From Candidatus Jordarchaeales archaeon (lineage in GTDB: Archaea; Asgardarchaeota; Jordiarchaeia; Jordiarchaeales; Freyrarchaeaceae), in NCBI GenBank assembly GCA_038889235.1, contig JAWAHN010000003.1, positions 233,703-265,702 on the forward strand: 32,000 nucleotides of DNA, in the 5' to 3' direction. The position numbers were made by a program, and so were the translations under genes. Below are positions 1-8,364 of the stretch, piece after piece. The first letter of the stretch is position 1, and the number at the start of each line of letters is the position of its first letter. The notes under the pieces are model-generated. The model ran no database searches and was not told where the DNA came from. It worked only from the letters and a program-made list of their open reading frames with translations.

Positions 1-944
1 CCTATTTCGACCTTGGGGTTACTCAGTATTCTGATGAGGATAGAGTAGTACTTGTCGCCGAGGCGGGAGAGCTGGCTTATGAGCTTGAGCAGCAACCCAC
101 CTTCGAGCGAAGCGACCTTGGAAGCTGAAAGCACCTCTTTAAGCCTGTGCATGACCAAGTTGAAGGTCTCATTGCTCATGTCTCTTATCTCCGCTATTAT
201 CCAAGCAAGGTTGTTTCCACCTATCTCGGTCACGTGGTTTGACGAGAAAACTTCTAGAAGTCTCTTGTACCTGTCCTCCCCCAACAGTTTTAGCCCCCTT
301 ATTAGCGAGGGAATGCTGTTCCCCTCGACTTTGTTGACGCTGTCTAGCAATAGCAGTTCGCTCAACCTCTTCTCCAGGACTTTGATCTCGCTGTCATCGA
401 GCTGCGCGACTTCCGACACTAGGAGGGGGATACAATAACTGCTGATCTGGGTGAACTTACTCCTCGAGAGGAGGAACTTCAGGAAATCTTTGTGTTGCTC
501 TGAGAGCTTGCCGCACTCCCTGAAAGTGCTAGGGAGGTCGCGTCCATCTATTGAGCTAACGGCAAGCTCGCCCAGCATCTGTCTTAGGAAGAACTCCACT
601 GAGACGCTTTTCTCGCCGAGCCTCTCCACCTCGTAGAGCAACCTTATAATGTTTCGTTCACCAACGCTGCCTACCTTGGGGTTCTCAATTATTCTAGCGA
701 TAATGTTTCGTTGAACCCTGGTGAGGTTCTTAAGCTTGTGGGCGAACTCCACAAGCACCTCTAACGAGGTGAACTTGACTTTCCCGCCTTCAATTATTCT
801 CCTTACATCTTCCACTATTTCCGACCCAAAGGACTGAAGTAAAATATCCAGAGCTCTATCTATGTCAAATCCGGAAGAAGTGTTCTCAAACTCTCTTCTC
901 AAGCTCCTAAACCTCTCAAACGTGGCATAAACCTCCTTCAACAC
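1..944 (-). CDS. Alpha-solenoid tandem-repeat protein, 3' end beyond the window; possible CbbO/NorD-like partner of the adjacent ATPase
   Basis: Manual translation: stop-free frame from GTG 944 (TTG 941), directly after an in-frame TAA at 947-945, to position 1 (about 314 codons: VLKEVYATFERFRSL...ILSNPKVEI). Contains six complete helical repeats of 35-39 aa. Absent from the ORF track, presumably because its stop lies outside the window. Start codon uncertain. Confidence 0.85.
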   Translation of the reverse strand, partial: MLKEVYATFERFRSLRREFENTSSGFDIDRALDILLQSFGSEIVEDVRRIIEGGKVKFTSLEVLVEFAHKLKNLTRVQRNIIARIIENPKVGSVGERNIIRLLYEVERLGEKSVSVEFFLRQMLGELAVSSIDGRDLPSTFRECGKLSEQHKDFLKFLLSRSKFTQISSYCIPLLVSEVAQLDDSEIKVLEKRLSELLLLDSVNKVEGNSIPSLIRGLKLLGEDRYKRLLEVFSSNHVTEIGGNNLAWIIAEIRDMSNETFNLVMHRLKEVLSASKVASLEGGLLLKLISQLSRLGDKYYSILIRILSNPKVEI

Positions 945-1148
945 TTAAATGTAGTAGAGGGCGTTGCGAGGAGAAGTAGAACACAGTCGCCGGTAGAGTA
1001 TTAAAGCCAAGAGAATGGTGGTTCAGGGGTAAGGCTTGTTTCCGGGCGGCCTTCGATGGGCGCCCCACAGTTCCACGTCCCATAAACCAGAGGAGGGTGC
1101 TCGGTATAAATACATTTTGGTAAGAATGCCTCATGTGCCCGCGGCGAC

Positions 1149-2321
1149 TTATATCCCTTCAAGGGTTTCTAGGGGGATCTTCCTAAGGCCGACGTAGTAC
1201 GCCACAGCTTCAACTATCTTTCTAACCTCGGTCGCCTGTGAGGGTTTAAGGTTCGCGCTGAGGTTGTCGGCAACGCGCTCAACGCTCTCGTTCAAGGCGT
1301 CTCTTTCACCGAACAACTTGTAGGTTTCAAGGTACGCGTCGATCGCCTTGTGGAGTATTCTCTGCGTTGGACACCTTATCTGCCCAGGGGCTAGCTTCTG
1401 GTGTAGGAACGAGGAAATGAGGTCTGCAAGCTCCACGTTTTGAAGCTGTATGGTTCCATACTCGTATACTTGTCTGAGCTTGTCGACGAGGTCGGCTATC
1501 TTCCTCATGTTGGAGATGTGCTCCTCGAGCCCAGCTTCCTCCATGAGCTTGTCACTGTACTCCTTAGGCACATTCTGAACAGCGACGTACGAAAAGCTCG
1601 GCTCTTCGTCAACCTTCTTCTCCTTGAAGTCGCGCCAGCACCCTGAGTCCCACACCATTGGGATAAACTCTTTCTCACCCAGCCATATTCCACGGTACTG
1701 CACTGGGCCGTTCAGTTTCGACGCCTCCATCGCCATCTCCTCAAACTTCTCCTGTTTCACCTTCCTCGTCTCGACGAGGGAGATCAAAAGTTGAACTTCA
1801 ACCTCGTGGTACTTGAACTTGAGAGTGTTAAACCTGTCGAGCGCTGGCTCAGGCATCTGCGAGCCTACTCTCCCGATCTCCGTCGGGTTATAAGATACGA
1901 TTATCATGTAGTCAGTTCCACCGATTTCCTCGCCGTTTGGAAGCAAGCCACGCCTCCTAGTGTCAAGCCAGGGGAAAAGCGTTGGCCATATTTCAGCCCT
2001 TAAGGCTATAGCCTCGTCGATGTAGAATATTCCCCCCTCTTCTATGACCTTCATATGCCTACTTTTCTCGAAAACCGTTTCCGAGCCGCCATCCTTACTT
2101 CTCAGCTCTCTTCTTCCGAGAATGTCGGCCTCCAGCGTGTCACCACTAGCCATGAGTATGGACAGGGGCTTGTTAAGTTTCTCTGCTAAGAACTCCACAA
2201 ACCTGGTCTTACCAGTCCCGGGAAGCCCTTCAAGCGCAAGGTGACCCCTAGCGTAGTAAGTTTGGAGCGCACGTATAACCTCGTCCATCTTGCCATCTAA
2301 GCTTGAAACGTAAAATACCAT
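1149..2321 (-). CDS. MoxR-family AAA+ ATPase, CbbQ/NirQ/NorQ-like
   Basis: Walker A GLPGTGKT followed by RFVE, Walker B FYIDE, D-x-RR, SYNP (sensor I), LDRF (Arg finger) and PTQRIL (sensor II-like). GGTGG RBS before the ATG. Confidence 0.85.
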   Translation of the reverse strand: MVFYVSSLDGKMDEVIRALQTYYARGHLALEGLPGTGKTRFVEFLAEKLNKPLSILMASGDTLEADILGRRELRSKDGGSETVFEKSRHMKVIEEGGIFYIDEAIALRAEIWPTLFPWLDTRRRGLLPNGEEIGGTDYMIIVSYNPTEIGRVGSQMPEPALDRFNTLKFKYHEVEVQLLISLVETRKVKQEKFEEMAMEASKLNGPVQYRGIWLGEKEFIPMVWDSGCWRDFKEKKVDEEPSFSYVAVQNVPKEYSDKLMEEAGLEEHISNMRKIADLVDKLRQVYEYGTIQLQNVELADLISSFLHQKLAPGQIRCPTQRILHKAIDAYLETYKLFGERDALNESVERVADNLSANLKPSQATEVRKIVEAVAYYVGLRKIPLETLEGI

Positions 2322-2499
2322 TCAACCACCTGCCGTGAGCGCCCAGGAGAAGAAACCACAGGCAGCATTCTTATTCTACCAACCAGCCGGTACTTGAAAG
2401 AACATTTATCATCAAACAGTTTTAAATCTTCTTACAAAACCCAAGATAAAAAAGTGTAGACCCCCTTAAAAAACGTAATGGAAGATAGTTTTTGAAGTT

Positions 2500-3057
2500 T
2501 TACGGTGCCGGGAGGGAGCGCTTCAGCACGAACTCACAGTACTCGTCGCCCTTAGCTTTGCACTTAACTTCCTCCGATGTGAAGAGCGGCTTCCCGTCTT
2601 TTTCAGCGAAGTAGTTTAGAATCCCCTCAGCTACGTACCCCGAGCTGCACGTGGCTGATGGTTGCACCCCCCTCATCTTAAAATATGCCCCCGTTTCCTC
2701 TCCGTAAAGCGAGCTGTAAACCCTGAAAACCACTTGTGATTCGCCGAACTCGATAAGCTCGTTTCTCCCAAACCCCATGAGGTACTCTAAGGATAAGTAG
2801 TACTCTAGAACGCCCTTTGCTCCGAGGGCCTCCATCTTCTCAGCAAGTTTCCTACCATAGTTGACTAGCGCACGCCTCCTCACTGGCTCCAGCATCTTGC
2901 TATAGCGCTCTACGAGGGCGCCCATGAGAGAGACGGAGAAGAGCACCCCGGGGGCAAACACAAACCTACGCCCTTTAAACGACAAAGCCCCACTTTCGTC
3001 TATTTCGATGCCGTCAATGAAGCTTTTTATATCCTTAGGCAGCTCCTCAGCCATCAC
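2500..3057 (-). CDS. Stand-alone V4R-domain protein (XylR_N/V4R-like)
   Basis: GFG turn, then C...EEVKCKAKGDEYCEF (C/E/C/C Zn-site pattern of V4R). GTGA start/stop overlap with the upstream paralogue. Confidence 0.85.
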   Translation of the reverse strand: MMAEELPKDIKSFIDGIEIDESGALSFKGRRFVFAPGVLFSVSLMGALVERYSKMLEPVRRRALVNYGRKLAEKMEALGAKGVLEYYLSLEYLMGFGRNELIEFGESQVVFRVYSSLYGEETGAYFKMRGVQPSATCSSGYVAEGILNYFAEKDGKPLFTSEEVKCKAKGDEYCEFVLKRSLPAP

Positions 3058-3653
3058 TCCTCACCCTCCACCACGAACTCACAGTAATCGTCTCCTCTGG
3101 CAAGACACTTAGGCTCTTTAAAGGTAAGTTTAATGGACCCGCGGCCCTGCTTCTCTAGGACAGCCTTCACAACCCCAACCCAGTTCGCACCCCAGCCGCA
3201 CTCGTAGAAGGGGAAGCGTGCAGTGAGATCCTTCACGTTCCTCCTAAGCCACTCCGCAATAAGTTGATTGTACATTCGAACAACCACCTCCGGCTTACTA
3301 AAATCCTTTCTCACCACCTCTGAAACCCCCCACCCTCTCACAGCGCTGTACTCCGCATACGCCTCCAAAACTTTCTCCGGAGGAATGCCTTGAGACATAA
3401 GTTGGTTTGCCACAGTATAGCCCGTAATTTCCAGGGAAGGGTACATTAGCATTTTCATCGAGGAGCCTAAGACGTCCATTATTCCCTCGAAAGACAACAT
3501 GAAAAGTTCCTGATCCATGAATACGTAGCGAACGCCACCATACTTTATTCGCCCCTCACTGTCAAACTCTATCTTGCTCTTAAGAGATCTCAGAGCATTC
3601 CTCAGGGATTCTAAGGAAACCTTTTCACCAACATTTCTCTCCAAACAAACCAC
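3054..3653 (-). CDS. Stand-alone V4R-domain protein (XylR_N/V4R-like)
   Basis: GWG turn, then YEC...KEPKCLARGDDYCEF V4R motif. The start may be a few codons downstream. Confidence 0.85.
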   Translation of the reverse strand: MVCLERNVGEKVSLESLRNALRSLKSKIEFDSEGRIKYGGVRYVFMDQELFMLSFEGIMDVLGSSMKMLMYPSLEITGYTVANQLMSQGIPPEKVLEAYAEYSAVRGWGVSEVVRKDFSKPEVVVRMYNQLIAEWLRRNVKDLTARFPFYECGWGANWVGVVKAVLEKQGRGSIKLTFKEPKCLARGDDYCEFVVEGEE

Positions 3654-3778
3654 CCATTAAAATATTCTCACATTTTATTTAAAATACAAGACAGTTTACT
3701 TAATATATTTTGTGATCTTCTTTATATCTTGCAGGCTTGGTTACGCCATTCTCAAAGTGGTTGCTCCGCGGTGGGAGC

Positions 3779-4402
3779 ATGTTTCTCGATAGGAGGCATG
3801 CTGGCAGGCTGCTGGGGGAGGCGGTTGCCGAAAAGGTTGGAAGAGTAGACTACGTCCTAGCGATACCTAATGGTGGAGTTGCGGTGGGCTACGAGGTTGC
3901 CAAGAGGCTGGGTGCGAGGCTAGGAGTGGTTGTCGTCAGGAAGATTCCGATCCCGTGGAACACTGAGGCTGGTTTCGGGGCCGTCGACCCCGACGGGGAG
4001 GTCGTGTTGAACGCGCCCTTACTTAGCAGGCTGGGGTTGAGGAGAGAGGAAGTTGAGGAGCTTGTGAAGTGGGTTAAAAAAGGAATCGATGAGAGGGTGC
4101 GCAAGTACGGTGGCATTCCGAACGTTGAAGGGAAGAGTGTTGTGGTCGTGGACGATGGGATAGCGTCGGGGGTCACAATGATAGCTGCATGTCTCTATGT
4201 TAGGAGGAGGAGAGCTGGCAGCGTTGTGGCGGCTGCGCCTGTAGCTCCACTACACTCGTTTGAGCTTGTTAAGAGCTACGCGGACCAGATAGTGGTTCTC
4301 GAGGTCGTCGACACCCTAACCTTCGCTGTGGCGGACTACTATGAGAACTGGTATGATGTTCCAGACGAGGAGGTTGTCCAGTACTTAGAGGGGGGGTGTT
4401 AG
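3779..4402 (+). CDS. Type I phosphoribosyltransferase-like protein (COG1926 type)
   Basis: N-terminal MFLDRRHAGRLL, AIPNGG, RKIPIPWNTEAGFGAV and PRPP loop VVVVDDGIASGVT. ATG 3779 preferred over TTG 3737. Confidence 0.85.
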   Translation: MFLDRRHAGRLLGEAVAEKVGRVDYVLAIPNGGVAVGYEVAKRLGARLGVVVVRKIPIPWNTEAGFGAVDPDGEVVLNAPLLSRLGLRREEVEELVKWVKKGIDERVRKYGGIPNVEGKSVVVVDDGIASGVTMIAACLYVRRRRAGSVVAAAPVAPLHSFELVKSYADQIVVLEVVDTLTFAVADYYENWYDVPDEEVVQYLEGGC

Positions 4403-4487
4403 GGTTCAATGGGTGTTCGTTTTCGCGCTAAGGGTTATAGCTTAGCTTTAAAAGTTTCGTGAAGGCAGTTATGTTTGAGGCGTCTTC

Positions 4488-4870
4488 ATGGTTAAGAAAG
4501 GCGAGGTTGAAAGGCTTAAGGAAAGGGCTATGGAAGTGCTGGAAGTCGCCGAGAAGGCTCTGGAAGCTGGAAAGCACGGTATCGCCGTTTTTTGGCAAAT
4601 ATCTCCTTGCAGCTCTACTTGAAAGCCACACTGTTAGAAAAAGTGGGAAGCTACCCGGGGACGCATAGTCTCAGAGAGCTTTTAGGGTATTTAGCCGCTC
4701 ATACTGGCAAGGACGAGTTAAAGGAGTTTGTGAGAGTTAACAGAGCGAGGCTGTCAGCAGTCGAAGGCGTATACATGACTTCAGGGTATGGTTCAAAGGT
4801 TTTCTACGCCGAGGACGCCGTTAAGCTTGTCGAAGAAGCGATAGAGGTTGTTGATGCATGTTTGAAGTAG
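4488..4870 (+). pseudogene. Frameshifted HEPN-domain gene
   Basis: MVKKGEVERLKERAMEVLEVAEKALEAGKHGIAVF from ATG 4488 continues as LANISLQLYLKATL...PGTHSLRELL only in another frame. The break is at a T6 run (4588-4593); a seventh T would restore the frame. Confidence 0.8.
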
Positions 4871-5200
4871 CCCGAAGAAGAGCCCAGATGGTTAAAGAGT
4901 GGAGGAAGTGGGCTGAGGGAATATGCAGAACTGTGAAGGAAATACTCCCCGAGGCTGAGGCTTACGTTATAGGTAGCGTCGCTAGAGGAGACGCTGTGGC
5001 CGCAAGCGATGTCGACCTTCTTATTGTTCTACTAGAAGTGCCTGAAAGAGCGCCTGGAAAGAGCCGAGATAGTGGTCGAGATAGAAGACAGATTCGGCCT
5101 CCCATGGGATGGACATCCATTCGAGTTCCATCTAGCCACAAAGGAGAAGGCAAAAGTCTGGCTTGAAAGAAGCAGGAAAAGCATAAAACTGACAGCGTAA
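4858..5200 (+). pseudogene. Frameshifted minimal nucleotidyltransferase (MNT)
   Basis: GSVARGDAVAASDVDLLIV motif. After about 5050 the family-like C-terminus (LERAEIVVEIEDRFGLPWDGHPFEFHLAT...KLTA, TAA 5198-5200) lies in the +1 frame. Confidence 0.8.
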
Positions 5201-5892
5201 GAGGAGGAAACGCGTTAACATGGAAACTTGAATACATCAGCATGCTTCAAAACCCGTTCTATGCAAGTTGAATAAACAATGACGTGAAAACTCCTTTAAA
5301 TAAAAGTCATTACGCTGAGCTGGAAATTCCTCTCTACACTTACGCATCCCTTGCACGCTAATTGATGAAGTGACGCACCCTCCTCCCGGAGTTGGCGGAG
5401 CTTGCTCTTTAAATGGTAGCGTTAGCGTCTTCTGGCTGGATATTTGTAGTCGACGAACTCACAGTGAACGGTTGAGGCAAAAACTGTTGTGGCGCCAGTG
5501 ACGGGGTCGCCATCTACGTCCCTTTAAGCTTGCAATTAACTTTTGACGCACCATAGGTGGCGCTTACAGCTACTGGGAGACAACATTCTCTCCAAGACCC
5601 TTCAGAAAATCGTTTGGTGCGAGGAGTACGCTAAAGCTGAAGCCAAAGCCGGATAAGACCCGGTAGAGAATCCATGAAATAAAGGAGAACACAATGTAAA
5701 CCATTCCGGGAAACCTTCCTAACCATGCTCAACCTCAAATCCCACCAATAAAACTTCCTTATTTGTAAAAATTTTAGTTGTGTTAATGGTGGAACTATCG
5801 CTGCCACCAGCAGGGCGCTTAAATTAAATTGTGTTGTTCCAGACGTTGACCCTTGATGATGTTAGTGGTTTTGTGTCGCTTTAGTTTTTCAT

Positions 5893-6249
5893 TTAGTTAG
5901 GTGGGTTTTGCTGGTCTACTGGGAGATATTTTTTGATGAATTTTTTGTAGTGCTCCCATTGTTCTGGTTTTAGCATGTGGATTTCGAAGACGTCTCCTAT
6001 ACTTTTTCTCACCTCAACCTTGAACCTTAGATCTTTTTCTTTTTCAAGGTTTTCTGTTACGACCGCTATGTCTATGTCTGAAAGGGTTGGGTGGTAGTTT
6101 CCTTCGACAGCTGACCCAAAAACGTATACTTCCGCCTGGCCGAAAAATTTGAGGGCGGCTTCCTTTATTTTTCTGGCATACTCTAAATAGTTCTCGAAGT
6201 ACTTTCTTTTCTCTTCTTTTTCTTTTACAAGGTATTTTACGATATCCAT
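5893..6249 (-). CDS. Minimal nucleotidyltransferase (MNT), antitoxin-like partner of HEPN
   Basis: YVFGSAVEGNYHPTLSDIDIAVV (GS...DxD) and FEIHML. 13-nt overlap with the upstream HEPN gene. Confidence 0.85.
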   Translation of the reverse strand: MDIVKYLVKEKEEKRKYFENYLEYARKIKEAALKFFGQAEVYVFGSAVEGNYHPTLSDIDIAVVTENLEKEKDLRFKVEVRKSIGDVFEIHMLKPEQWEHYKKFIKKYLPVDQQNPPN

Positions 6250-6617
6250 TCTCTGAACTTCTCCTTGAACTTTTTCAGAGTGTTAAGCATTGCTTCGACT
6301 TCTCTTTTCGAGTAGTCTCTTGGAAAGTATCTAGAGAGGATGTATGCGTCTTCTATATCTCTAAGAATTATCTCGTTGTCTTCGAAGAATGCTTGAAAGT
6401 CGTTGTTTAAATTTGCCAGCTCTGAGAATAGCTTGGAGAGCTTATTTGTCCTCGGGAAGTACCCAAGTTCCTTCGCTAAAATGTACTTCAAGTAGAGTTG
6501 AAGGGACTGCTCAATATGAAAGGCGGACAGGTCGTACACGCCCTTATTGAAGAGCTCCACTGCTTCCTCTTCGAACTTCCTTGCCCTCTCGAGGAAAACC
6601 AAGATCTCTTCTCTCAT
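6237..6617 (-). CDS. HEPN-domain protein
   Basis: AFHIEQSLQLYLK...GYFPRTNKL...EDAYILSRYFP pattern. ATG 6617 with a GGAGG RBS preferred over 6683. Confidence 0.85.
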   Translation of the reverse strand: MREEILVFLERARKFEEEAVELFNKGVYDLSAFHIEQSLQLYLKYILAKELGYFPRTNKLSKLFSELANLNNDFQAFFEDNEIILRDIEDAYILSRYFPRDYSKREVEAMLNTLKKFKEKFREWIS

Positions 6618-7229
6618 GAAGAAGAATTCCCTCCAAAAAAGGTAAGAAGCCCAGAATATCCCATGAAAGTAGGGATTTTTCATTTATACTCGTTTTGTAG
6701 TACGAGGTACTGGGAAACAGGTGGTAGACGGACCGCGATGCGCAACCCACCTTTAGCCGAGATCTCAGGACCCACCTCGCAGGGAAGGCAGTTGGGAGGA
6801 ATGAGGCAGCTTAATGACAGACGGCAAGTTATACGCATCACTCTGTACTAGTAAGGGGCCGTTAGCAGAAATTTATTTTTTGTCAAATGTTTAGCTTGCA
6901 AGGTTGTTCGTTGCACTCTTAACGCATACCCCCACGCTTAAGCGTCTTGAATGATCACAGGTTGCCCTTCTCACAGAGGACATTCATTAACGTACCGTCG
7001 AAACAACTTATGTCTAGACCCCTCCACACCCCCTTTAACTCAGTTTCTCGACACTTGCTGAGGCACCCTTTGGGCTTTAAGTTTCATCTCTTTGCCTGCT
7101 ATTCTTATTGGTGGTTTTTCTTTTTTCGGGTTGTCCTTTGAAGATTATTATGTCGCTTATTGTTGGTAGTTTTCTGGCTATTGTGTCTAGTGTGTTTAGT
7201 ATGGTGTCTGCGGCCTTCTTCGGCATCTT

Positions 7230-7520
7230 GCCGAGCAGCTTCCCCCAATGTGGAAAGCTCCAGAAGAGGGATAACAAGTCGTAGTGGCCTGCTTTTCAAA
7301 GAAGTTCGTTTTTGCCAGCTACTGTTCAGTCCTTATAAATGTGGCGGCGACACATGTAGCGACGTCTTCGCCCTCGTTTCCATAAGTTTTCGCCCACGTG
7401 ACCCCGGAGAGTTTTTCTGTCTTTGAACTACTAGTTGTGGAGGCGTAATTATTATTGCTGTACCACTACCATGGGTAGCATAAACGCTAGCACAACCGTT
7501 ACGGTAGAAACCGTCGCCGA
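7230..7520 (-). pseudogene. Remnant of a secreted beta-propeller-repeat protein
   Basis: Fragments in different frames: hydrophobic TVVLAFMLPMVVV, Ser/Thr linker, WAKTYGNEGEDVA (7396-7358) and AGHYDLL. These resemble W-x-KTYGG-x3-D propeller repeats and are broken by stops and frameshifts. Boundaries approximate. Confidence 0.4.
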
Positions 7521-7658
7521 GTATTCTTCTATGTTTAACCTTAAGGTTTCATCCCTTATTGAATTATTGTGCTACTGGACGGTTGTGCAGTGGTCGTTGC
7601 ATTTTGACGCAAGTTTTATTTTTAACCATGGCTGGGAGTAAGTGGTGTGGTGGTTGTA

Positions 7659-8324
7659 ATGAGTGAGGCTGTGGAGAAACGCTGGCTTCTTATTTGCGGT
7701 GGCAGCATAGTTGCTTCGGCGCTCACCGGACTTCTGACGCTAGTCCTCGCAGTGGCCCTCTACACTTCTTCTCCCATAATGCCTGTATATCCGAAGTTCC
7801 TCCCTGTGGGTCTGACTTTTCCATGCATCAACGTCGGCTATAGTCCAACCTGGCAGTACATCAGCGAACTTGGAATGGGGCCTACAGCGCCCATATTCAA
7901 CACCGGGATGATCGCCGCGGGCTTGCTGGCTTTGCCAGCGTTCGTCGTCGCCCGTAAGGTGATAGGAAGCTCGCTCACGGCCACCCTAGGAATCCTGTTC
8001 GGGCTAGTGGGGTCCCTTTGCCTTGTCGGGGTTGGGGTTTTCCCCATGTCTCCAGCGTTCTTCATCGAGAACCCGCACCCACTCGTGTCCATAGGTTTCT
8101 TTTCAGGGATGTGCCTGTCCGCGGCTTTCATAGGCTACGCGATGACGAAGAACCCCATGTTCTCGAAGATTCACGGCTGGCTTGGAATGGTCGTTCTAGC
8201 CGTGGGCGTGATTCTAGGCTTTACGGGTGACCCATTGCCAGAATGGGCTGCAGCAGTAGCAATAATAACGTGGTTCTCAACGCTGGGGTTCTGGCTTCTA
8301 GTTAAGGCACCAGGAAAAACTTAG
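7659..8324 (+). CDS. DUF998-family membrane protein
   Basis: Several transmembrane segments, ISELG...APIFNTGMI, GVGVFP and conserved H (HPLVSIGFF). Confidence 0.75.
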   Translation: MSEAVEKRWLLICGGSIVASALTGLLTLVLAVALYTSSPIMPVYPKFLPVGLTFPCINVGYSPTWQYISELGMGPTAPIFNTGMIAAGLLALPAFVVARKVIGSSLTATLGILFGLVGSLCLVGVGVFPMSPAFFIENPHPLVSIGFFSGMCLSAAFIGYAMTKNPMFSKIHGWLGMVVLAVGVILGFTGDPLPEWAAAVAIITWFSTLGFWLLVKAPGKT

Positions 8325-8364
8325 AGTCCGCACTTCCCTTTTTCTTTTAAAGAGAGGGGGTCTT

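Larger units (their letters stand above)
5885..6686. repeat. 11-bp direct repeat TTTTTCATTTA flanking the HEPN-MNT pair
   Basis: Identical copies at 5885-5895 and 6676-6686. The match is read directly, but AT-rich context makes chance possible. Confidence 0.5.

Noticed and set aside
52-636. Plus-strand ORFs 52..438 and 451..636
   Set aside because: Ser/Leu-rich antisense shadows of the minus-strand solenoid gene.
987-1149. 8-bp complementarity AGTCGCCG/CGGCGACT and a small GC hairpin in the ATPase-solenoid gap, considered as an ncRNA
   Set aside because: Pairing is short enough to be chance, and no tRNA or known RNA motif is present.
5430-5730. Minus-strand fragments (MVYIVFSFISWILY... and VDGDPVTGAT) suggestive of a decayed membrane or surface protein
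   Set aside because: Too short and fragmented to assign without a translated search.
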